Position numbers and translations under genes: made by a program. From contig NC_069000.1 in NCBI RefSeq assembly GCF_001194135.2, positions 37,941,207 to 37,987,605 on the forward strand: 46,399 bases of DNA, read 5' to 3'. Under the pieces are notes generated by a model. That model was not told the origin of the DNA. It made no database searches and worked only from the letters and a program-made list of their open reading frames with translations. The first letter of the stretch is position 1. Each line of letters opens with the position of its first letter. This stretch comes from Octopus bimaculoides. Taxonomy: Eukaryota. This document shows positions 13,330 through 23,926 of the stretch, piece by piece.

Positions 13330-13815
13330 TTCTCTTCCTTCCGGAGTCACAGTCCAAAACATAATTCTCTCTCTTTACTTGGGAAATAGTATTTCTGCCT
13401 CACAAGTCAGTTATTACACTTCAACCTTTTCTGCCTTAGAGCAGGATAAAGATAAATTTTATGAGCAAATTATTACAGTCTTCTTAAAGATTCAGTTTTG
13501 GCACAAGTTTATTTTGATGGGTGACATCTATGCTTGAGTGGCTGCTGACAGGAGCTGGCTAGCAGAAGACTGCACCAGGCTTCACTGTCCGTTTTGGTAA
13601 GACTTTTATGGCTTAATATTCTTGGATTCCATGGAAGGAAGGAATGAGCACAAAGTGTCTGTGTCTTCTTTCACTTTACAGAGATTTCAGCTTTGCAATA
13701 ACCAATAGTTTCTACTAACAGACAAAGAACCATGAAAACAAGTTGGATGCATCTGAGATCAAAGTATTGGCATATGATTAAGTACATAATCACAAAGCAG
13801 CATCATGTGGAAGGG
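13330..13815 (+). mobile_element. RTE-clade LINE relic, AP-endonuclease domain (disrupted)
   Basis: KDKFYEQI...FILMGDIYA*V; AITNSF; KTSWMHLRSKYWHMIKYII correspond to the APE motifs GDFNA.V, ITNT.F and W.HPRSK.WH.IDYI. Confidence 0.82.
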
Positions 13816-14440
13816 TTAACCCTTTAGCATTCAGATTATTCTTCCTTTCGAGTGTTGGGCCCCACAGAGGCAAAGCGGCTGATTTCCTTTTGAGCGCCGG
13901 GCCTCAAGAGAAGCAATGACTGTCAACTGTCCAACCCATGCATGCATGGAAGACAGACATTAAACACACACTCACACACACATGGTGCTTTGGTAGAATT
14001 ATTAGGGAGCTGGACACAATGCCTTGCAGTATTTCTTTCAACTCTTCATGTTCTGAGTTCAAATCCCAACACAGTCAACTTTGTCGTTCATCCTTCAGAA
14101 GTCATTAACGTAGAACACTTTTTAAATAAGTATTAATATTAATGGTATCGACTACTAACCCACTTCTCTTCAAATTTGCTGGCATTTTGCCTCATTCAGA
14201 AATAATTATTTGGCATCTAATTAATGAATTAACTAATTAACTTCTTGATTAGCCTCTTAGCATTCAGATTACTCAGTCAATTGTAATATTTATTTATTCA
14301 CGTTATTTTGAATTAATTATACATTATCTTGTAGCTTGAAAATTTCAGTGATGTGATTGTTTATTTTTATAATGACATTGTAGGGTAGGTGTGAAAAGCT
14401 GGATACGGTTGTTTTAATCATTCAATCTATTACTTTATCT

Positions 14441-14643
14441 AAGGCGGTGAGCTGGCAGAAACATTAGCATGCCGAGCGAAATGCTTAGCGGCATTTCGTC
14501 TGTCTTTACGTTCCGAGTTCAAATTCCACCGAGGTCAACTTTGCCTTTCATCCTTTCGGGGTCGATAAATTAAGTACCAGTTGCATACTGGAGCCGATCT
14601 AATCGACTGGCCCCCTCCTCAAAAATTCTGGGCCTTGTGCCTA
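14441..14643 (+). mobile_element. tRNA-derived SINE family C
   Basis: aaggcggtgagctggcaga...gagttcaaattcc.ccgaggtc.actttgcctttcatcctttcggggtcgataaa; reverse copy at 21605-21781. Confidence 0.8.
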
Positions 14644-14934
14644 TATGTGGTTGTCTGGTAAGAAGTTAGTTTCCCATTCAGATTGTTCTGAGTTCAGTTC
14701 CACTGTATGGCTCTTTGGGCAGGTGTCTTCTATAGCTCCAGGCCGGCCAGAGCTTTGTGAGTGGATTTCATAGAAAGAAACTTAAAGATGCCTGTTATAT
14801 ATGCATGCATGCATGTGCAATGTGTGTGCACATCTCTGTATTTGATCTTAGGGTTGTTATTACATTATCTGCAATTATTATTTGTACAAGTGGTCCTATT
14901 GAAAGGGTACATTCTACTTATTTGAGATCTACAT

Positions 14935-15071
<137 letters not shown>

Positions 15072-15139
15072 ATTCTTGAATCAGACCATCAATTGTTATA
15101 TACCAATGATCACAATGTACTTCCAATTCTTTCTTGATA

Positions 15140-15670
15140 GCACTCCTTTTTTCTTTGTCTAAATTGTTTTCTTGTCACCATGGAGGTCTTCTGAGTGACA
15201 TCTTCTGATTTTTGGGATCCCACTCATCTGCTGCATGGACCCACTTTTCGTCTGTGAACCTTGCGACATGTCGGGCGCAGTGAAACATGGGTCTTCAGTA
15301 TTCTGCAGTCGTATCATTCACTCTGCTCCATTCTTGACTTACCTCATTTTGGATATGCTCTCTCAATGATATTGCTAGCATGGATGTTTCCATGGCTCTT
15401 TGTGTCGTATCCAAATCATATTCTTCGCTCTTCACAGTAACCCAATGTCTCACTTGCATTTAAGAACACAGGTAGGGCATTCTCATTCAAAAGACTGTCA
15501 TGTAGGGCATTGTCCAGTTTTGCTTTGAACACATCTTTTAAAAAGGTAAATACCTTTCATTTTGCCCTTATTTTCCATGAAATTTCAGTGTCCATGTTTT
15601 GGTGCTTTTTCACTATATGTCCCAAGCATAATATGCAAACCAAAATCCATACATTATGAACCACAATGCA
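15140..15670 (-). mobile_element. RTE-1-type LINE relic, region C-terminal to RT (disrupted)
   Basis: LGHIV...DTEISWKIRA; ASET; TQRAMETSMLAISLREHIQNE; ARHVARFTDEKW...EWDPK...LRRPP. Confidence 0.78.
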
Positions 15671-15928
15671 TCTGTTGTTATTTATTCTCCACCCAACTTG
15701 GAACCTTCCATACGTTAGGATCTGGAGTCTATAGACAACAGTGCAATAGGTGCAGTGAGTTTACTCATGTGTGACCCTGATAATATGCTGTGTTTTCAGT
15801 CAGTCACTTGTGAATGTATGCATAACTGGAGGAACAAATCTTTATTTAGTTTAGTGAGTATGTATACGTTGTTATACATTGTAAACAATAGCACTATCAC
15901 TGACCCTACCTTGGTAGTTTCACTATTT

Positions 15929-16317
15929 GTGGAGGCGCAATGGCCCAGTGGTTAGGGCAGCGGACTCGCGGTCGTAGCATCACGGTTTCGATTCCCATAC
16001 CGGGCGTTGTGAGTGTTTATTGACCGAAAACACCTAAAAGCTCCACGAGGCTCCGGCAGGGGATCGTGGCGAACCCTGCTGTACTTTTTCACCACACCTT
16101 TCTCTCACTCTTACTTCCTGTTTCTGTTGTGCCTGTAATTCAAAGGGCCATCCATGTCACACTCTGTGTCACGCTGAATATCCCGAGAACTACGTTAAAG
16201 GTACACGTGTCTGTGGAGTGCTCAGCCACTTGCACGTTAATTTCACGAGCAGGCTGTTCCGTTGATCGGATCAACTGGAATCCTCGTTGTCGTAACCGAC
16301 AGAGTGCTAACTAAGAA
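15929..16317 (+). mobile_element. Full-length tRNA-derived SINE family B with perfect 13-bp TSD
   Basis: A-box tggcccagtgg and B-box gtttcgattcc; TSD agtttcactattt at 15916-15928 and 16318-16330; reverse copy at 42411-42642. Confidence 0.92.
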
Positions 16318-16366
16318 AGTTTCACTATTTAAATACCTGTAGATCTCTCAAATCCTGGAAATTTTA

Positions 16367-16413
<47 letters not shown>

Positions 16414-16439
16414 GAATGAATAGACACCAATACTTATTT

Positions 16440-16710
16440 TTTCAGCTTGGTACTTATTCTATCAGTCTCTTTTGCTGAACCACTCAGTTATGGGGATGTA
16501 AACACACCAACACCTGTTGTCAAACTGTGATGGCGGGGACAAACACAGAAACAAAGGCACACACACACCTATATGACAGGCTTCTTTCACTTTTTATCTA
16601 CCAGATCCACTCACAAGTCTTTGGTCACACTGGAGCTATAATAGAAGACACTTGCCCAAGGTATCGTGTAGTGGGACTGAACCTGAAACCATGTGTTTGG
16701 GAAGCAAACT
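16440..16710 (-). mobile_element. SINE family A 5' part
   Basis: Matches 20520-21005 and the reverse of 7848-7964. Confidence 0.75.
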
Positions 16711-16737
16711 TCTTATATCTATTTATACATTGTTTTA

Positions 16738-17050
16738 AGATACATCTTGCGAATGCTCTGGGATGCATCGTCAGTAATGTTTCCTGGGTCTCATGAGGTT
16801 TTGGGTTTTCCAGCATCAGGCTCCCTCATCCAGTTGACTCATCTGGGATCGATGATGTCCCAGCATGCACCTCAATAACAGCAAACCACTGGTCTGCCCT
16901 CTTTATCCAAAGCCACTTAGTGGCTTTCACTGCAGCTTAAGGTAATGGAATTTGTAACCCCACCTCCCCTTTTGCTGCTCCAGTAACTCCACACCTAGTC
17001 AGAGCTTTGTAGAATGAATGCCCCACAAAACCTCAACATGCCACTTCTGT
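16738..17050 (-). mobile_element. 3' end relic of an RLE-type (Hero/R2-like) non-LTR retrotransposon
   Basis: Minus-strand ...AAVKATKWLWIKRADQW... followed by a 3' UTR resembling Hero-type elements (gaaaacccaaaacctcatgagacccaggaaacattactgacgatg). Clade assigned from memory. Confidence 0.65.
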
Positions 17051-17173
17051 TGCTTGCCTGCCTGCCTGTATTTCTGCACTTCTCTACCAGTTCCTGGTAT
17101 ATATAATTAAATAGTGTTATTTCAATTGATAGAGCATGGTAATTAATCAGTGTTCATTACTCCTTATAAATCA

Positions 17174-17688
17174 GTTCTATATCTAAGAGATGAGGAATTA
17201 TGTACATTATTTACATTTGACGGATATTTGTCCTCATCTTGTTTGTTGTTAACACAACGTTTCGATTGATATACCCTCTAGCCTTCATCAGGTGTCTTGG
17301 GAAAATTTCAAACCTGGGTTCTCATTCCTAAGATATTTTTCCGATGTTGTTGTTGTTGCTGTTGCTGCTGCTGTTGTTGTTGTTGTTCAGGTCACTGCCT
17401 AGAACTGAACTCGGAATTTTGGGATTAGTAGCCCACGCTCTTAACCTCTACGCCATATGCCCGTGAGCATATGGCATAGTGGTTAATAGCGATCTAAGAT
17501 TCCAAGTTCGATTCTAGGCAGTGACCTGAATAATAATAATAACACCGAAAAATACCTTTGGAATGAGAACCCAGGTTCGAAATTTCCCCAAGACACCTGA
17601 AGAAGGCTGGAGGGTATATCAGCCAAAACATTGTGTTAACAACAAACAAGATGAGGACAAATATCCGTTGAATGTAAATAATGTACAT
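17174..17688. mobile_element. ~500-bp foldback element: two divergent units of tRNA-like head + (AAC/AAT)n + hammerhead-bearing Penelope-type tail
   Basis: Centre gccatatgc-ccgtga-gcatatggc (17452-17475); arms 17200-17460 and 17467-17688; candidate TSD tccttataaatca at 17161-17173 and 17693-17705. Confidence 0.82.
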
Positions 17689-17744
17689 GATGTCCTTATA
17701 AATCATTGTGTATTCAACTTTCAGTTGAGTATTGAGCTCTATTT

Positions 17745-18240
17745 CATCATCACCATCATCATCATTTAACTTCTGATTTCCAAGTTGGAGTCTGGACAGC
17801 TCCCAGCTAACCAACTCCATGTCAAACTGTCCAACCCACGTTGTGACAAGGTTTCTTCATCTGGATGCCCTTCCTAACACCAGCCACTTAGCGGAGTGTG
17901 CCTGGTGCTTTTCACATGTCACTGTCACGGGTGCACTGATGCAGCACCTGCATGGGTGCGTTAACGCCGCACTGGCACAGGTGCTTTTTCAGTGGTGCCA
18001 GCACCTGAAGCGACAAGCCTGTATGTGTGGAAAACAGTGATTTCACTCAGCTTGATGTGTTTTATCAAGTACAACAAATCATTACATCTCCCAATCTCTT
18101 GTCATCTCAGTGGGACCCACTGTCCGAAGATCCTTTCCCACCACTTTATCCCACATCTTCATGGGTCTACCCCTTCCACCGGCACCCTCCACAATTAGAG
18201 CTCGGCACTTCTTTATGCAGCTGCCCTCATCCCTCCAATT
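17745..18240 (-). mobile_element. 3' end of the RTE-type LINE that shares its tail with SINE family A
   Basis: Minus-strand DEGSCIKKCRALIVEGAGGRGRPMKMWDKVVGKDLRTVGPTEMTRD...VLDKTHQAE* runs directly into the family A tail and (GAT)n. Confidence 0.8.
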
Positions 18241-18904
18241 TTCATTTGGTATATATTACATATAATTGAATAATTTAAATAGTGTATATCCAAGGGCAAA
18301 ATAAAACCGCCAAGTTTGTCCAAGTGTTATAACAACAACATAATTATTTTAATGTTTCACTAATGAATATTATTTGTATGCTACATGATAATCATTTACA
18401 TAAATGGTGGCATTATCCTATTATACAATTGTTTAGGTAACGTTTATTGCATAATGTACCAGAAATTGCTTGTGAAATGTGTAAGATTGAGCAATTCAAT
18501 ATGTTGTCATAAAAGCACTTAAACTCTCCTGTTTTATTCTGCTCTTGTAAATAAACATATATGTATACTTATATATGTATGTATATGTATATATATCTAT
18601 ATATACATACATATATATCAGGCATGTGCCTTGAGTAATTACTCAGAGTAGGCAGTTGGTGACTTATATGTAGTAAAATATACCAAAAATAAGCTAAACA
18701 CAGGCGTGCGACTGAGTTGGAGGCAGATTTACTTGTCTTTATAGCATGTAAAGAAAATATTATAAGAATGTACGCGGCACGTGTACTACAGCAGTATTAT
18801 GCGTAGCTTATATACTGAGATTGAAAAGCATGGATGAATTATGCCTGCCTAATCTATAAAGAAATATAATATTCTGTATTTTATACATAGTAATCAGAGC
18901 AATG

Positions 18905-19045
18905 TTCATGATTTTGCTCCAGTCCACTCAACTGGCAAAAATGAGTAACGCTGCGATGGATTGGCGTCCTGTCCAGCTGGGGAGCACATAGGCCATTGAA
19001 ACCGGGTAACCGGGCCCATGAGCCTGGCTAGGCTTTAAAAGGGTG
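18905..19045 (+). mobile_element. SINE fragment with the ttgctccagtccactca.ctggcaaaaatgagta central domain
   Basis: Matches 10352-10390 and the reverse of 44970-45010. Confidence 0.65.
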
Positions 19046-19936
19046 TATTTATTTATTTTTATAGATAATATATATGTATGTATGTAAATAAATAAGTACG
19101 AGACAATGAACAAAAATAGAAAACAGGTCAATGGGGGTGCAAGTTTTAACAAATGCATTAGTTTAATGCTTAAAAAGAGGGGAGTTTCGGTAAAGAAACA
19201 GTAAAAAGTTATTCAATAAAACCACAGTCTTTGATTACTGCCTTGATACATTTTCTGAAACAACTAAATGCATTGATCATGCAGTCTTTAATCATGTTGG
19301 CTGTAAGCAAGCTACTTACCAAACAGCCACTGCTGCGCCTACTTACCACACAGCCACTCCTATATATATATATTTCTCATTGCTCACCTATGTTCAACTT
19401 CCTCCCCTTTTTTTTCTCTCTCTACCACTCTCTCTCCCTACCCCTCGCTGGTCACATGTTACCGGCTCCTGCTTTCTTTCTTCTCATGGCCACTGCCAAT
19501 CTAGCAGGAACTTTCTTCTCTCTTTCCCTCAAGTTCGTCACATCACAGGGTTCAGTATACATATATTTTTTTCACGCCTGGCCTAACAGCCGTTCTTGTT
19601 TATTTTCACTGTTTCATTTTACCTGTCGTGTTTTCTGTTTGCCACTTAATTCCTCCAAATTACAAATTTCATTTAATTTGTTTTCGCGGGAAGAGCTATT
19701 CTAACAATGCATCCTGCCCTAACTCTTCGAAACGCTTAGTTTAGAATAGGGGCAGCTGATGAAGGAAATATTCTCTATGTGGCTTGTGTGTTTTCTGTGC
19801 TCTGTTTATGTTCTGTTTTTCATTTTGTCCATGTTTTTTTGTGACGTCCTGTACACATATATGCATCTATATATACATGTAGATGTAGGTATGTACATAC
19901 ATGTACGTATATATGCATATACTCACATATTATTTG

Positions 19937-19980
<44 letters not shown>

Positions 19981-20519
19981 TTTCGCTACAATGAGAAGTT
20001 GGTGTTGAGAGAGAAATATAGCGACAGAGGAAGAGAGAGTGTGCATGTATGAAATATAGATAGATGTCACTATACTAATTAAGCAAGCTTTGATTGGAAG
20101 CAGGGATAAGAGATAGAAGATACAGTGTACTTGTGTCTAAAAAAAAATAATCAAGTGATGTGATACGTGGCTATTCTAATCAGAGGGAACTTTAACTGTG
20201 AAGGGCCATCCAGTAATCAGGCAAATACGGTATTTTCTTATTAATGATTTAACCTTAAAAAGGGTGAAAAAAATATATATGTTGCCATGAAAAAAGCCAT
20301 AAAAAATCGCAGATGATATTTATGATTCCACGAATATGCCGTGGTTTCCACGAGCAATTATTGGTTCTGTGAATAACTTGGACCGCTAATGCTGAACCGC
20401 GAATAATCAAGGGTACACTGCATAGTAACAAAAGGGTTAATCTTTGCATGTGTTTCACTACATAAAAAACAATACGTATATCTGTAAGTTTCTTTATTGT
20501 TGTTATTGCATTACATCTT

Positions 20520-20759
20520 TTTATTCTTTTACTTGTTTCAGTCATGTGACTGTGGTCATGCTGGGGCACCACTTTGAAGGGTCTTAGTCAAACAGATCAG
20601 CCCCAGGGCTTATTTTTTGAACCTGGTGCTTATTCTATTTGTCTCTTTTGCCAAACCACTAAGTTACAAGGATGCAAATGCACCAACACCGGTTGTCAAG
20701 TGGTGGTGGTGGTGGGACAAACACAGACACAAAGACACACAGATATATACATATATACA

Positions 20760-20849
<90 letters not shown>

Positions 20850-21005
20850 CATATATGTGGTGGGCTTCTTTCAGTTTCTGTCTCCCAAATCCATTCAGAA
20901 AGCTTTGGTTGGCCTGAGGTTCTGCTAGAAGACACTTGCCCAAGGTGGGGGCTTAACCCAGAACCATGTGATTGGGAAGCAAGCTTCTTACCACACAGCC
21001 ACATC
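20520..21005 (-). mobile_element. SINE family A 5' part with internal (TATC)n/(TA)n
   Basis: Matches 16440-16710, 11395-11645 and 23010-23105. Confidence 0.78.
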
Positions 21006-21424
21006 TGCATTTTCTCTTTTTTTAATGGATGCCCATGATTCTGTCGCCATCCAATCCCATCATTATGAATTTGAATTAGGAGCATGAGTATCAGTAAATC
21101 TTTCATTAGCTAATTACACAACCATGGATGCCACCCTGGTGGATGCATTGTAATTACTCTTGTGATAAATCTTGGTAATCCAGACTGTTGATCTTCTAAG
21201 ATTCCTCCACTCAGCACCAGTGTCAGAAGCACCATTAAGCTCAATTAAGCTCTTCCGCTACCCCTTCATAATCCACCATGCTGCAATCCCATGACTTCAA
21301 TGTATCCCTGACAGAGTAGCTGCATGGGTGCTGCACCTTGCCAAAGAGCAACCCATAACTAAGCAGGGTACAGTTGTCACTCTGTGAGGTATTTTCATAA
21401 TACCTGCATACCTGATGTATATAC

Positions 21425-21556
21425 ATTCCCCAAACTCTGCCAAATCAGACTGGAGCCTGGTGTTGCCATCCGGTTTCACCAGTCCTCAGTCAAATCGTCC
21501 AACCCATGCTAGCATGGAAAGCGGACGTTAAACGATGATGATGATGATGATGATGA
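21425..21556 (+). mobile_element. Young SINE family A 3' tail
   Basis: 98 nt identical to 37267-37364. Confidence 0.88.
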
Positions 21557-21604
21557 CTACTGGGTGACTGGTATTATGAAGGGCATCCAGCTGTAAAAAT
21601 CTTG

Positions 21605-21781
21605 TTTCTTTATTTCCCACAAGGGGACAAACAAGAACAGACAAAAGAATTGATTACATCGAACCCAGTGCGTAACTGGTACTTACTTTATCGACCCCGA
21701 AAGAATGAAACGCAAAGTCGACCTCAGCGGAATTTGAACTCAGAACGTAACAGCAGACGAAATACTGCTAAGCATTTCGCC
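21605..21781 (-). mobile_element. SINE family C
   Basis: Reverse complement of 14441-14620. Confidence 0.8.
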
Positions 21782-22160
21782 TATCCAGCTGTAAAAATTT
21801 TGCCAATACAGTCACAGACGTCTGGTGCAAGCTTCTGCCTGGTTGGCTCCTATCAAACTATCCCACCCATGCCAGCCTGGAAGTGGATGTTAAATGATGA
21901 TGATGATGATATATATATATTTATACACACATTTATCCTATGAACCAGACTGATCTATGAGTAAGAATACTGGTGTCATGTAAAGACCGCCCTGTACACT
22001 CTGTAAAGTGGTTGGCATTAGGAAGGGCATCCAGCCATAGAAACGAAGCCAGAAATAGACTATGGGACCTGATGTGGTCCCTGGCCTTACCGCTTCCTGT
22101 TAAGCAGTCCAATGCATGTCAGCATGGAAAATGGATGTTAAATATTGATGATGATGATGA
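21780..22160 (+). mobile_element. Two older family A tails (21780-21908 and 21985-22160)
   Basis: ccagctgta/ccatagaaa...ccatgccagc.tgga...gatgttaaat(gat)n. Confidence 0.7.
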
Positions 22161-22294
22161 TGGCTTATTGTTTAGCACAATAGCAGTAACCAGCAAAGCC
22201 CACGGTACATTGAACAACAATGGTAAAGGTGGGTAGAATGTGTCTGTAAACTTCTACTTTGATCTTGTGGTCACACCATGAGATATATCGAGCT

Positions 22295-22722
22295 TTCATG
22301 AGAAACCAGCGTATGTACCATTAAGGGGATCTTCAAGCTCCTTTTTTATAATCCAGGTTGTTGCTCTATAGAAAACAAAATGCTCTCTACACATGCTTTG
22401 AAGGAAAAAAGCCTTGTTGACTTTGAAGTACTTTGAAGTGCTAGATGTTTTGAAGCTTGTTACGAGTGCTCCAGGCTTGCCCCTCACATGCAAGGAAGTT
22501 TTTCTGACTGTCAGCAGCATAGGACCCTATTGAGTCGTGTGCCATTGTTGGAATAAATTGACAGGTAAACAGAGTGATCAGGTATTCGGTCTTCTTTATA
22601 ATGAGAAACAAAAACAAAAAAAAATGACCTTGGCAGCAGCATTCTGAAGGCATCTTAACAAGACCTGTGCATCACACAGTTAATTAGTTGTGAAAGCAAG
22701 ATCATCAGCATAATGAACGTCT
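22295..22722 (-). mobile_element. RTE-type LINE relic, reverse-transcriptase core (disrupted)
   Basis: Minus-strand HYADDLAF...KKTEYL...IGSYAADSQKNFLACEGQAWS.RNKL...ELEDPLNGTY, with the YADD catalytic motif. Confidence 0.82.
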
Positions 22723-22778
22723 CCCCCCCCCACACACACACACTCTCTCACACATGCACACACATTCTCTCTCACACA

Positions 22779-22819
<41 letters not shown>

Positions 22820-23770
22820 TCTCTCTCCCTCTTTCTCTTTCTCCATCTTTCTCTTTCTCCATCTTTCTCTTTCTCCATCTTTCTCTCCCTCTTTCTCTCT
22901 CCCCCTCTCTCCCTCTCTCTCTCTAGATGATTTGATCACTTGTACTTCATGAATGCATCGACCACATTCGGATGGTGCTTTTTACGTGCCACCAGCACAG
23001 GAGCCAGTCGTATATACGATGGGCTTCTTTCAGTTTCCGTCTACCAAATCTACTCACAAGGCTTTTGTCAGCCCAAGGCTATAGTAGAAGACACTACCCA
23101 AGGTGATATATATGTATTGTGAAGACTGGTGGCTCGGTGGTTTGGCTATTTTGCTCACATTTGTATGGTCGTGAGTTTGATTCCCAGAGGCAGGTTGTGT
23201 CCTCGAGCAAGACACTTTTTTTTGACATTCCTCTAGTCCACCCAACTGCCCCAGCATGACCACAGTCCAATGACTAAAACAAGTAAAAAATAAAAGCNNN
23301 NNNNNNNNNNNNNNNNNNNNNNNNNNNNNNNNNNNNNNNNNNNNNNNNNNNNNNNNNNNNNNNNNNNNNNNNNNNNNNNNNNNNNNNNNNNNNNNNNNNN
23401 NNNNNNNNNNNNNNNNNNNNNNNNNNNNNNNNNNNNNNNNNNNNNNNNNNNNNNNNNNNNNNNNNNNNNNNNNNNNNNNNNNNNNNNNNNNNNNNNNNNN
23501 NNNNNNNNNNNNNNNNNNNNNNNNNNNNNNNNNNNNNNNNNNNNNNNNNCCTGCTAGTCGAAGATGCCTGTCAAGCTACCCCTTGTAAACATAAGGACAC
23601 AGAAAATGTGTCAAGGCTGACAGGAAGCGGTGCAGCTTCCTAGGTCTAACCAACAGTAGTATTATTCCCTTCAGGGGACTGTCATATTAAATTGACAGCA
23701 CACAACTACTTTATTTCTATGTTGATGTAAATGTCAGTGTCTTTTATAGTTCATATATTTTCATTTTGTC

Positions 23771-23790
23771 TGTTTTTTTTTTTTTTTTAG
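23771..23790 (+). promoter_or_regulatory. Strong splice acceptor (polypyrimidine tract + AG) opening the giant exon at 23791
   Basis: tg(t)16ag|atgtctcc, about 80 nt upstream of the long ORF. Confidence 0.65.
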
Positions 23791-23926
23791 ATGTCTCCTG
23801 TATTGATCAACACATGTTTCAACGTCCAGCCCTTGCTGAATCGTTACTGCTGGCAATCCCCTGAGCTGAGTATTAGCCTCACTAAAGGCTGTAGCAACAA
23901 AAAAAACGTTGCTCGGAGCCAAAGTT

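Noticed and set aside
15929-16000. tRNA gene (also at 7850, 14445, 17467, 38713 and 42580)
   Set aside because: A/B boxes are present, but there is no complete cloverleaf and each continues into a SINE body. These are tRNA-derived SINE heads.
21050-21400. Possible LINE endonuclease relic (DFNV motif)
   Set aside because: Only one short motif is recognisable; too degenerate to call.
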